Assembly (NCBI GenBank): GCA_004431415.1
Contig: QPMI01000276.1
Span: forward strand, 1-52,487
Direction of reading: 5' to 3'
Source of the DNA: Cyanophora paradoxa CCMP329
Lineage: Eukaryota > Plantae > Glaucophyta
Length of the DNA stretch: 52,487 bases
Shown here piece by piece: positions 37,575-48,028 of this stretch (positions are counted from its first letter, which is position 1; every line of letters begins with the position of its first letter). The notes beneath the pieces were generated by a model. That model did no database searches. It was not told the origin of the DNA and saw nothing but the letters and a program-made list of their open reading frames with translations. A program made the position numbers and the translations under genes.

Positions 37575-37862
37575 TCACACATAGTAAAATGCGGAGTTTT
37601 AACCCTCGGCTTAATCTTAATTGATTTTGTTGATATATATCGTATATTCTATTTCAATCAATCGATAATCTGTGTATATCTTATCGAATATTCATTTATT
37701 TCGATTATTTTGTATTCTTTTCGATATTTTATCGTAAATTTCTCTTATTTTCCGATTAGTCTTACTGAGTTAATCGATAATCTGTATATATTTCCGAATA
37801 ATATAACTGAATCTCAATTAGATCTTGCCTCTGGTTAAAACTCCGCATTTTACTATGTGTGA
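37575..37862. repeat. Perfect 30-bp inverted repeat at the element terminus
   Basis: tcacacatagtaaaatgcggagttttaacc (37575-37604) and ggttaaaactccgcattttactatgtgtga (37833-37862). Confidence 0.95.
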
Positions 37863-38113
37863 TTGGTCTTTTTGTTAATTGATTTAATCGATATTATATT
37901 CATGTACTTTCTCGATTAAATTTAATTAAATTTAATTCATTTAATCGGAAATATATCGCTTAACTCGATTAAGATCCATAAATGATTCATTTGTTTAATA
38001 AAACAAATAGATCTCTTATTGAATTCAATCGTAATTATACATGAAACTTATATGATTTTATCATTGTTTTATTGAGTCTAAGGGGGGACCCTTAGGATTT
38101 TTGAAATAATTGG

Positions 38114-38433
38114 GTGTCACAGGTGTCACAGGTCCATCCCAAACTTTTGAAAATTCATTCTTTATAGGAGAAACTTTGGGATAAACCTGTGACACCTGTG
38201 ACACATACCATATTTAGTAAGGATCTCTTTTATAATGAAAAACTCAGTAATAATCTTATCTATGTATTTCTAATTAAATGAATAAATGATTTAATCGAGT
38301 GTCACGGGTGTCACAGGTCCATCCCAAACTTTTGAAAATTCACTCTTTATAGGAGAAACTTTGGGATAAACCTGTGACACCTGTGACACATACCATATTC
38401 AGTAAGGACCTCTTATATTGTGAAAATCTCAGT
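38114..38433. repeat. Two ~135-bp direct repeats (period 185), each with a 91-bp TGTCACAGG iteron palindrome
   Basis: gtgtcacaggtgtcacaggtccatcccaaa...tttgggataaacctgtgacacctgtgacac at 38114-38204 and 38299-38389. Confidence 0.95.
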
Positions 38434-38823
38434 GTTAGTTGGTGTAGTTGATTCAAAAAATGCATTTTATACTCTGATTCATTGTTATTTCCTGTGAAAT
38501 TTGAGTCAACTCAACCCACTTAGTCAACCCTTGCATTGAATTCGTAACAAAATCCATATACTATTACTACTTTTACGATTAATATGAGTCAACCTTGAGT
38601 CCACTTTAATATAAATATTATATAATAGGGGAATCAAGGGGAGATGCTTATAAACATATGAATTATTGAGCCTATGATACTTACATCGTCAGGCAGGCCT
38701 CGTTAAGAGGATTCCGAATCTGTTTTTGGTTTTGTCACATGATGAGTTGGTGAAGAGATACATGCATTTTAGTGTTTTGTATGTGGTTTAATGATATGAT
38801 GTCATAATGCATGGGTTTTCGTC

Positions 38824-38922
38824 AACAGTTAAATGAACAGTTAAGTGGACACCGTTTCACGATAAACGAGTAGACACTGCCTACTCCCAACAGGTGTCCA
38901 CTTAACTGTTCACTTAATTGTT
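38824..38922. repeat. 30-bp inverted repeat built from AACAGTTAA units
   Basis: aacagttaaatgaacagttaagtggacacc / ggtgtccacttaactgttcacttaattgtt (2 mismatches); partial extra arm at ~39011-39034. Confidence 0.85.
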
Positions 38923-39401
38923 CGCAATTTGCTTCATTGTCTTTCAATAGCTTTCCCGCATATCTTGTTTTCAATTGTTGTTGCAGTACACTATTACAAT
39001 AGTTGTCTCGTTAACTGTTCACTTATCTGTTCGCTGCGGAAAAAAGACGATGACGGACGTGTTATGTTACGAAATGATGTCATAATGACGATGCATATGT
39101 ATATGATATATATGACACACCATCGAACTCGGGAGATCATGACGATCACGGCGATATATATATGTTATGTGTTTATGATACATCATTATTACATCATTAT
39201 GATGCATCATTCCGAAATCTCGAAAAATCGATAATCGGCATCTTCAAACGCTTGTATCTCATCACCAGATTATCAAATCGCAACGTTCTGCATATCGCTG
39301 TGAAGCGCTTGAAAAGATCTACAAGACAATGTGTATATCATATGCATATATGTATATCAGTCATACATATATTTGGAAAAAACGAGTTTTCGGCTAGCAA
39401 A

Positions 39402-40785
39402 CTAGCTAGTTTTGGTCCTCTCTCTTAGTGTTCTTTGAGGTTTAGGGGCTGTATATGACTCCTTAGTAGTCTGAAAGTCACTATACCATCTCTGGCTATT
39501 CACTTCTGAAAGTTTCTGTGTGCCTGCTATGGTGAGCTTTTTGAGTTCCCTATTAACTTTCCCAGCCTTCTCCTTCCTAGCCTCTATCAAAGGCTTATCT
39601 GGGACTTCATTAGCAGCTTCTATGCCTTCTCTCCTTATAGCAGCATCAACCCTAGCTTCCTCTTTAGCTTGCTCTAAGGCATCTACTGTAGGGTTTCCAG
39701 ATACTCAACTGCATTCACAGGCAACAGCTCATGGAAAGCAAACCTGTTATCTATGATCTCTCCAGTGGGACTCTTTAGCTTAAACTTAAAGCCTTCCCTA
39801 CTATCAACAGTGTAAACCATCCTAGACCAATTGTTACCCTGTTTAGCAAAGGGTTCTTCTCTACTTTCACTCTAACAAACATGCCAGGCTGCATGGTATC
39901 AAGATAAGCTATTGATTTCTTGAATCTTTCATCTTCTAATCCTACTATATACCTATAATGCTCCTCTGTAGTTTCACCTGGCTTCATCTTAGTAGCTGAG
40001 TGAACTGTATTATTGTAATTAAACTCAATATCACCCAACACATCAAAGAATCTAGCTGTGTTATTAGCTATGCAGTAGTTTGTGATCAATCTCTTAATCT
40101 GCTTGTTAAAGGCTTCAATTCGACCTTGGCTCCTATGGTCTGCAGTTCCACTCACTTGGTGTTCTATGTATTTACTAGATAAATACTCCTGGAATATTCG
40201 ATTTTGGAATTCACTCCCAGCATCTGATTGAACCTTTACTATGGGTCTTGCTACTCTCATCTCAAGCTGTTTAAATGCAGCTAATGTAGTGAGAGCTGAT
40301 TTATCCCTTATAGGTATGATATATCCAGTTCTCAGTGTTGATTCCATTGCAGTCATAAATGTATCATAGCCATTGTTTTGTTTCTTATAAGCTGGGAAAA
40401 AGAGCAAATCAATCACATAGGTATCAAGGGGTTGCCTTATTGGAACCATGGGATCTCTCTTTCTAGATATAGCAGGTGCATTGATCTGAACTACCTCTTG
40501 CTTTTTATAGAACTCTTGCAACTGCTTGTAGGATTCATCTGGTAACTCAGCCCTCATAGCTTGAAGCCCTTTGTAACCAGTTCTCACATCATAGAATCTC
40601 TTGGCAATCTTGCTAGTTTCTTTCACTGCAATAGCAACTGGGATCTCTACTGGGACAAGCTCTTTCATTTCAGACTTTTTAACAATTCGAGATTCCCCTT
40701 TTTCCTCCTTTGGAACTGTGATAGGCAGTAGGTTACCTTGCAGTTGCTCAGTGGTTCTCCTAACTATTCTTCCAGTTGCTGGCAT
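39402..40785 (-). CDS. Retroviral-like (rve, DDE) c-integrase of Polinton type; two homopolymer frameshifts in the C-terminal part
   Basis: YVIDL (D), VQSDAGSEF (D), RIEAFNKQIK (E), YNNTVHSATKMKP; after the frameshift NPFAKQGNNWSRMVYTV. Confidence 0.93.
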
Positions 40786-40788
40786 CTC

Positions 40789-43700
40789 TTAATTAAAAGG
40801 AACAGAATTAATACCATCTGGTAAGATGTATCTCTTTGCATCAAAGCAGTTTAGGGCAACCCTTCTACTCACGGTATCTATTATTGTGTGATCTGCCCTT
40901 CTCTTCTGCTTTGCAGTCACAGTCTTGCTGATACCTGCAAATAAACACTGCTTAAAATCATTAAATTGGAGTTCCTCAGTGGAAGTCCCAGAGAGCTTAC
41001 TCCTCTCAATCTCAGCAGTTCTGAAACTGTAAACTTTTGCTCTCAGACCTACATACTCCAATATTGCAGAGCCAGGCATTTCATTTTTGTATTTACCTGG
41101 GGTCATTCTGTTAGATCCCCTAGGTCCAAGGCATAAGATATATTCTCTATATCTTTTTGTAAGGTCTTAGATTCAATATATAGACAGAAGGAGTCAGTAT
41201 CATGGAATAGTAACTTTGCTTTTGTCCATTGGGACCTTACAGTATCATAGAAGAACTGGTAATTATGCAGTTTGGCTGCATCCAAAACATAAGCCCCAAT
41301 TGCAACAGGCTTATCTAGTTTCACATGCTTTGTGTAAAACTCAAAGGCAACTGCTTTTTCGTTTATGGGACTTGTTGATTTCACCAATGGGAAGCTGCAT
41401 ATTTCATAAACAGTTTCTCACTGTTTGCAATCTTAACCACAGATCTACCTCTGCAAGATTCAATGCATTTCCCATAGATTGAGTTATTCATGAGTTTATA
41501 GAAATCAGCCTCGAATTTATTCACTGCTTTCCTTCTCATCTCAGTATTCAGCTCAATGTAGGGTTTCATTACAGGAGCCACAGTAAATGAGAGGACCCTG
41601 TGAATTTTCTTTAATTTCACACCTTTGTCCAACAGATATTGCAGAAGAGGCTCAGAAATCACATAGTTTGCCACAGAACCAAAGGTTGCAGTTAGCTTAG
41701 GGGTCTTATCAAGCTCTTCTCCTGAAAGATCCAACAGGCTCTTTTGATATTGTGATAATTCCGCATATTCTACTATTTTCTTGTTAATAATTAGGGGAAA
41801 TCACTGTGGTCTAGATATAGCCTTATTGGGTATTCCAGATCAACTTCCAGGAAACTGGATCTGTTATCTTGTGGGTTGAATTCGGTCTCCCATCTAAAAT
41901 CACCAACTGGAATTGGCTGACTCAAACAGTAGCCATACAAGTTGTTAGCATCAAACAGCATAATGTGGGAGTTCTCACCATCAGCCTCAGCATACCTACA
42001 AGGCATTGTTGCAAAGCCACCCCTGATTCCCCTCTCAACAAATTCGTATTGCTCTACATCACTTATAAGCTCTATTTTTGCCTCGGTGGTCCTAAGCATA
42101 GCATCCCAAGATAACCCAGGTGCAGATACATAATGAACTGGGTCAAGTCCATATACTGAGTGTGAAAGCCTTCTGAAGGCTTGGAATTTGTTCATTAACT
42201 CATCTACATCAGCAGCTCCAAAATCCATGAAATTGCTTGCATCAATGAACTTGTAAAGACCCCATTGCAATGAAAGGTATTGATCAAAGTTTTTCGAAAG
42301 GATTTCGATTCGCTTTTTATCACCCATGCCTGCTATTTTTCTGAAAATGAATGTCCCACAGTCATCCATTTGGTCAACAACTACTGCAACTTTGGTTTGC
42401 TTTGAGATTCTCCTATGGAGATTGCAGTTTCTGCATGCAGGAGCAATATAATGACCTGTGTGGTGATCATGATCCCTGCATTTGAAGTTCTCCTTAGTGA
42501 ACCTCTCACTGCAAAGGTAACAGTGTTTGGTAGCTCTGTAAATTGCTTTCTGCTCATCTGTGAGTTCATTCATAGGAATGTTGGTAAACAGGAAATCGAT
42601 TAGTTCTCTTGCTTTGGACTCCAAGCATTCAAAGAGACCTCCCATTGGATCCTGACCCTCAAATCGAAACTCCTGAACATCTGCCCCAGTGACTACTCTC
42701 AGGTTGACTGCTGAGACTTCTCTCTTGGATTTTGATGCATCAATGGGGATGCTTCTATGTTCAATCTTGCAGTATACCACAACAGGAAGCCACACAGTTT
42801 TCCTGAGGTTTTTCAGTCCAAACTCTATGGTGGTCTCAGGCTTAGGAGTGATTCCCTTTGAGAGTCTCCAATCAATGCATCTGTTTGAGTCCACATGAGC
42901 AGTGAGTTTAGCCTCAGACCTGAATCGAGATAAGCATGTGTCACAGTAGTGTAACTTTTGATCCTTGGTTTTATCAAGGGCAACTCTGAGAAGTCTTGAA
43001 AGGGACATGATTGTAATATAGTGACCATTCCCTTCATCATCATGAATGAGCATCAGATTAATCTTTTGCTTTCTGCCTGGGTTGCTGGATTGATGTAGGG
43101 GATATATAACATCTCGATCCATTCCAAATATGTTTATGCTGATGCCTGCATTTTGAGATTCGAATTTATCAATGATTTCAGCATCACAGGGAACAGGGAA
43201 TGGGATGTTATCGAAATTGAGAGCCAGAGGATTGTATGTAGTTGGTGAGTATTTCCATTTGCGATATTGTGTTAGCTCACTTCTCTTGTGGGAATTCACA
43301 TCTTTCCTATGGATCCATGCCAAAACTGCATTTTCGAAGCAAGAATCATCAATATTTCGAATATTCACTGTGGCTCTCTTGGCTGCAATTGAATCAGGTG
43401 TTTTAACATAGCAACCACCAGTTGGGGCATAACTCATAATAGCAACTCTGAGCATTTCGATTCTCTCCAATCGATAGCTATCAACAACATTCATCTGCTC
43501 CTGACACATTTGGGCTGCTTTATTCAGCTCAGTTCGAATATTTCTCGATTTGGTTAATACAAAATAATCGCTGTAAATGTATTTCGATATCCAAACCTGT
43601 GGATTGCTGACTTTTACGAACTTGCAGATAAACGATAAGCGAACTTTGATTGCCCTGAATTGATCTAGACTGTCTCTTAAACGTTTTGGTAGAGAGGTTG

Positions 43701-44030
43701 CAATTCTATCTAAATATTCAATCACATCAACAACAACTTCCCTTCTGGCTCTGTAAGTGAGCCAGCGATATAATTCATTCATTGCTGTACCATCTTCTGC
43801 CTCTGGTTCTATTTGCCTCAGGCGATCGAGTTCATCAAGAGTTTCAACTTTATCATAGAGGTTATTGGCTTTTCTGGTTAATTTCGCTAAAGTGGGTCTG
43901 CCCCTTGAAATAAATCCGATTTCCGGTCATATTCAGCCTCTGTAATTTCATGGGCTGCATACAGTGTTCCCAGTAATCCCATGAGTTCCCATTTCTTCTC
44001 TCTAATGAGTCTGTTGCTAATTCGGGGCAT
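40789..44030 (-). CDS. Protein-primed family B DNA polymerase (pPolB) with C2H2 finger and EndoVII-like insert; split by four -1 frameshifts
   Basis: Motif A MLFDANNLYG, motif B YKLMNNSIYGK, motif C FHDTDS; also YGLDPVHYVSAPGLSWDAML, ERGIRGG, GKYKNE, EYVGLRAKVYS, DAKRYILPDGINSVPF. Joins ORFs 41791-43782, 41381-41734, 41103-41387 and 40789-41106; probable ATG at 44030. Confidence 0.93.
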
Positions 44031-44087
44031 AGTTCCTAACTTGTTCCTACTAAAAGGGGAGGTTTTAAATGGGGATATTCCGAACGC

Positions 44088-44138
44088 AAAAATTTGATGA
44101 AAACTACTTAAAGAAATATCTTCTATATATATAAAAGG
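44088..44138 (+). promoter_or_regulatory. Putative early promoter box
   Basis: AAAAATTTGA followed by aaaactacttaaagaaatatcttctatatatataaaagg just before ATG 44142; near-identical copy at 45427-45465. Confidence 0.65.
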
Positions 44139-44141
44139 ACA

Positions 44142-44960
44142 ATGGCAGAGAACAAAGCAACATCTTCTCTGGAACGCTTGAAGGCTACATTAATGTTTCT
44201 TTGTGGATCTAATAACTTTAAAGACTTTGTCGCTTTGGGGAGAAGCAAATATATGAACTCTTTGTATTTGAAACTTGCAAAGTATGATTTGACTCACGAA
44301 AGCCTTCCTCCACACTCAAACAGCTGTGCTTGCAAGCATCATATTGAAGAACAATGCTACATCTTGCATGTGGATAAAAAGATTGTGGTTCTTGTTGGCA
44401 ACTGCTGCATTAAACGATTTATGCCAAATGGTGCAAGGAGGGAAGATATATGCAAGAAATGCGGAGATCGACATAAAAACCGTAAGGATAATTTCTGCAA
44501 TAAGTGCAGGATTATCATAAAGGAGGAGGAATTGGAAAGAAAAAAGCAAATCCAGAAAGAAGCAGAGGAGCGAAAGAAACAACTTGAATTAGAAGAAAGA
44601 GAGCGAAGGCAGAGAGAATTAGAACAAGAAAGAGCAAGGAATAGACATGCAGTTAATCTTTTCCTGATTTGGTGCAACCAGTTCATTCCAAAAATGGATA
44701 ATCTTCGCAGAGATGATATAGAGAGGTTCAGAGAGGGTAGATCTGCATTGATTGAAATGTATGCAGAACTCAGTACAACAAACACATTGGTTGCTGGGTT
44801 TCAGGTGCCTTTTCTTAAAAAAGATATCGCAAAAGGATTAGATTGCAGATGGAATAAGGACAAGAAAACATGGGAGACCTTGGAAATCGAACCATTTGTA
44901 GCATTGCTAGGTAAGCATTTCAAACTTATGTATATTGAGAGATTTGGACAGAGAGGTTAA
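44142..44960 (+). CDS. Cys/His-rich Zn-binding protein with coiled coil and C-terminal DUF5710-like domain
   Basis: CACKHHIEEQCYI..VGNCCIKRF, CKKC..CNKC, E/K/R coiled coil, FQVPFLKKDIAKGLDCRWNKDKKTW. Confidence 0.75.
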   Translation: MAENKATSSLERLKATLMFLCGSNNFKDFVALGRSKYMNSLYLKLAKYDLTHESLPPHSNSCACKHHIEEQCYILHVDKKIVVLVGNCCIKRFMPNGARREDICKKCGDRHKNRKDNFCNKCRIIIKEEELERKKQIQKEAEERKKQLELEERERRQRELEQERARNRHAVNLFLIWCNQFIPKMDNLRRDDIERFREGRSALIEMYAELSTTNTLVAGFQVPFLKKDIAKGLDCRWNKDKKTWETLEIEPFVALLGKHFKLMYIERFGQRG

Positions 44961-45016
44961 AGAACAAAAAATGATTTAAAGAATTCTCTATATATATTAA
45001 GAGAGACAGAGGAAAA

Positions 45017-45271
45017 ATGCCACTCAGTGAAGCCCAGAAGAGAGCTATGAAGAGGTACCAGCAAACTGAAAAAGGTAAGGCTCAAATCAAAAAGTTTAAC
45101 GAAAAAATAGCCACACAGCTAAGAGATCTATATCAAACCGATGATACCTATAGAGCCATGAAAATAGCAAGTTCATGTCAGCGAAAGTATGCAGCCAATG
45201 CAGTCTGCTTTGTCAAATATTTGTATGATGTCCCTTACTCAAACAGAGGGAGAAAATCGAAACATGTCTAA
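45017..45271 (+). CDS. Small basic protein, possibly DNA-binding
   Basis: MPLSEAQKRAMKRYQQTEKGK...; has its own AAAAAATGATTTAAAG..TATATATA upstream box. Confidence 0.7.
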   Translation: MPLSEAQKRAMKRYQQTEKGKAQIKKFNEKIATQLRDLYQTDDTYRAMKIASSCQRKYAANAVCFVKYLYDVPYSNRGRKSKHV

Positions 45272-45406
45272 ATTATTTTCCCAGCATATTACTAGGCTGG
45301 GGATATGCTGTTTATTCGCTGAAATACCAATTCATCCTTTTTGTATCTGAACCACTCGATATATCATGTGGATAAATTTCGTAGGGATACTTTCTCGATT
45401 TCCAAC

Positions 45407-45476
45407 AAAAAATGATTGGGGGACCCAAAACTACTTAAAGAAAAATCTTCTATATATATAAAAGGGACCCCCAATC
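45407..45476 (+). promoter_or_regulatory. Putative early promoter of the primase-helicase
   Basis: AAAAAATGA plus the 39-bp box (45427-45465, 1 mismatch to 44100-44138), flanked by a 13-bp inverted repeat. Confidence 0.65.
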
Positions 45477-45483
45477 GCTGAAA

Positions 45484-47808
45484 ATGAACGCCAAACAGAC
45501 CAAGTTAATCAAATCGCTCGCTAACTGGCTTCGTTCTGATGAGGAACTCGCCAAAAACATGATTATCCCAGTGAAACCTGACAGCAAAGACCCAGTTTTC
45601 AAGCATAAGGGAGGTGCTTGGTCCTGGGAAAAGTATGAGGAAGCGCTGGCAACTAATCAGTATGTATCTTGGGGCATTCTGCTCTCAGACAACATGATGG
45701 TTATTGACTTTGATGATGAGGAGAACTTTGAGAAATTCCGGGATATGTTTCCTGATGACTTTGATGCCAATCAGCCCATGGCAAAAACTAAAAAAGGCTA
45801 TCATGTCTACTTTAAACGACCTGAGGAGTTCACTAAACTCAAAATCACCGATAAGGCTCCAGGCTTTAAAGGCTTTGAAAAGGTTGACCTGAAAACAATC
45901 ACTGGAACTGGAACTTCTGGATTAATTAATGTTTGTCCCAGTGTCAACAAGACCTGGGTAATTGCTCCATGGGATGATACCTGTGATTTCAATGAGCCTA
46001 CTGATGAGTTTAAAAAGTGGATTGCAGAGAACTATATCTATAAGAGTGAGTATACTGCTAATGCTACCTCACATGATGCATTGGAAAAGAGTATTCTTAA
46101 AGAGCTGGTGGATATGGGCTTTATGCATCCCAATATAATCTCTCAAACTGAACTGGGCTTTAACTTTGATGCTGCTAATAAGGGACTTAATTGCCCATGC
46201 TGCAATGGGTCCCATGAATCGAATAACTGGTATGTTATGACAGCCAAAGGAGAAGATAAAAAGTATATTGTGTCCAGCTACAGTGGCAATTGCAAAAAAC
46301 GATTTATCTTCATTGGAATGCAATCTGATATCTTCAATCTCATTGATAAGTCCGCTGGTTCTGGAGGCGCTCATTATGATGTCAGTCTTGTGTGCAAAGA
46401 GGTACTACAACATACTTGGAGATACTCCAAAAAGTCATGGTTCAAACTCAATACTGATACTGGGATTTGGGAGCATGATGACACAAACCAAAAGATTTAC
46501 CTAGACATAAGTTGCCTTGTTGTCCCTCAATACCTTGGCAGGGCTGTGCATTATAGCCAAAGAGCTTTGAAGGATGAAGAGAATAGAACAGCTTTCGAAG
46601 AGAAATCGAAAACATTAATTTCTATTGCCAAAAATCTTAAACAATCAGGATATCGCAAATCCCTTCTGACTGATCTGCTCCCTCTGCTGAATGATGATGA
46701 ATTCTATGAAAAGATTGATACAGTTCCATATGTAATTGGATTCGATAATGGTGTATTTGATCTGACAACTATGACTTTCAGAAAGGGGAAACTGGAAGAT
46801 ATGGTGAGCAAGAGTGTGGGTTATGATTATACTGAGAATGTAGACCCAAGAAAGTAGACCATCTCAATCAGATTTATAGAGAGATTGTAGATGATCCAGC
46901 AGAGCGAAACTACCTTCTGGCATCTATTGCAATTGCCCTCAGTGGATCAACAAAATCACAGAAGTTCTACATGTGGACTGGTGCTGGGGCAAATGGTAAA
47001 TCACTTGTTCAGGAATACTGCAAACAGATTTCAGGGCTTATTATAGCCCTCTCGAAATATCCTATTGGACCAAACCTAAAAGAACTCATCAGATGCTACT
47101 CCTGAACTTGCCAAACTCCTTGGAAAGCGACTTGTATTCAGTAATGAGGCTGAAGATGGTGATAAACTGCAGATCTCCAAAATTAAGGAGGTCACAGGTG
47201 GAAATGAAATGACTGTGAGAGCCTTGTTCAAAGACCCAGTAATCCTCACTCCAATGTTCCAGGTTTACATTACAACTAATGACAATTTGACTATAAATAA
47301 ACCAGACTTTGCAATTCAAAGAAGACTTTCATACCAGAGATTCAATAATATATTCAGAGAGAAGCCTGAAGCTGGTCAGAAGAAAGCTGACCCAACACTG
47401 TTCACACTTCTACACAATGATGATGAGTATAAGATGGCTCACATGAAGATATTACTGGATATGTGGAAGAACAAAGAGGTTGAAGAGATCTTAAGAAATC
47501 CCCCTCAATCGATTATTGAACAGGGAATAAACTTTATAGCTGAAAATGATAAGATTGGTGAATGGCTTAGGGATAATTTCGAAGTTACCCATAATGCAAA
47601 CGACTTTGTTTCGAGTGATATCATTTACAAATCATACAGAAGTGTCGATGATAAAGTTGAATGTGTTTCTGTGATGAAGAGAGTAAGGGAAATCTTCAAT
47701 GTGAAATCAGAGGTTAAACGAATTCAGGGAACCAGAGCAAGGGGCTACATTGGACTTCGAAAGATAACAAGGGTTCAAGAAGACAATGGAGAGGATGTTG
47801 AATATTAA
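45484..47808 (+). CDS. PrimPol (AEP) - Zn finger - D5-like SF3 helicase - C-terminal winged helix; three -1 frameshifts
   Basis: IIPVKPDSKDP, MVIDFD, TKKGYHVYF; CPCCNGSHESN; IGFDNGVFDL; Walker A GAGANGKS (46980-47003, outside the ORF track); TPELAKLLGKRLVFSNE, IKEVTGG.EMTVRALF, AIQRRL; wHTH-like DKIGEWL..IYKSY..RARGYIGL. Confidence 0.92.
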
Positions 47809-47868
47809 ACAAAACGATTTATGATTGAAATGTATATGTATTTTTTATAGCCTTACTGGAAATGGTGT

Positions 47869-47960
47869 TGTTCACAGGTGTCACAGGTCCATCCCATCTA
47901 GGGGGCTATAAAAAGAAAAATGACCAGGGGACGATAAAAACCTGTGAACACCTGTGACAC
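47869..47960. repeat. Third iteron palindrome, directly downstream of the helicase (candidate origin)
   Basis: tgttcacaggtgtcacaggtccatccca ... aaaacctgtgaacacctgtgacac; arms conserved, loop diverged. Confidence 0.85.
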
Positions 47961-48028
47961 CTATCGGAAAAGACCAAAATTTGACAAGAATACTTAAGGC
48001 TTACTTGATTGTGTATAGTGAAGACAAA

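Noticed and set aside
38114-38433. Possible CRISPR-like array
   Set aside because: Only two long units with near-identical internal sequence, no unique spacers and no cas genes.
37536-39428. ORFs 37536-37838, 38929-39234 and 39162-39428 in the terminal region
   Set aside because: Low-complexity I/F/Y/M/H translations of AT-rich repeats with no motifs; treated as non-coding.
40789-47808. Programmed ribosomal frameshifting or genuinely split polymerase/helicase genes
   Set aside because: Breaks are numerous, mostly at short homopolymers and also present in host genes; sequencing error is simpler.
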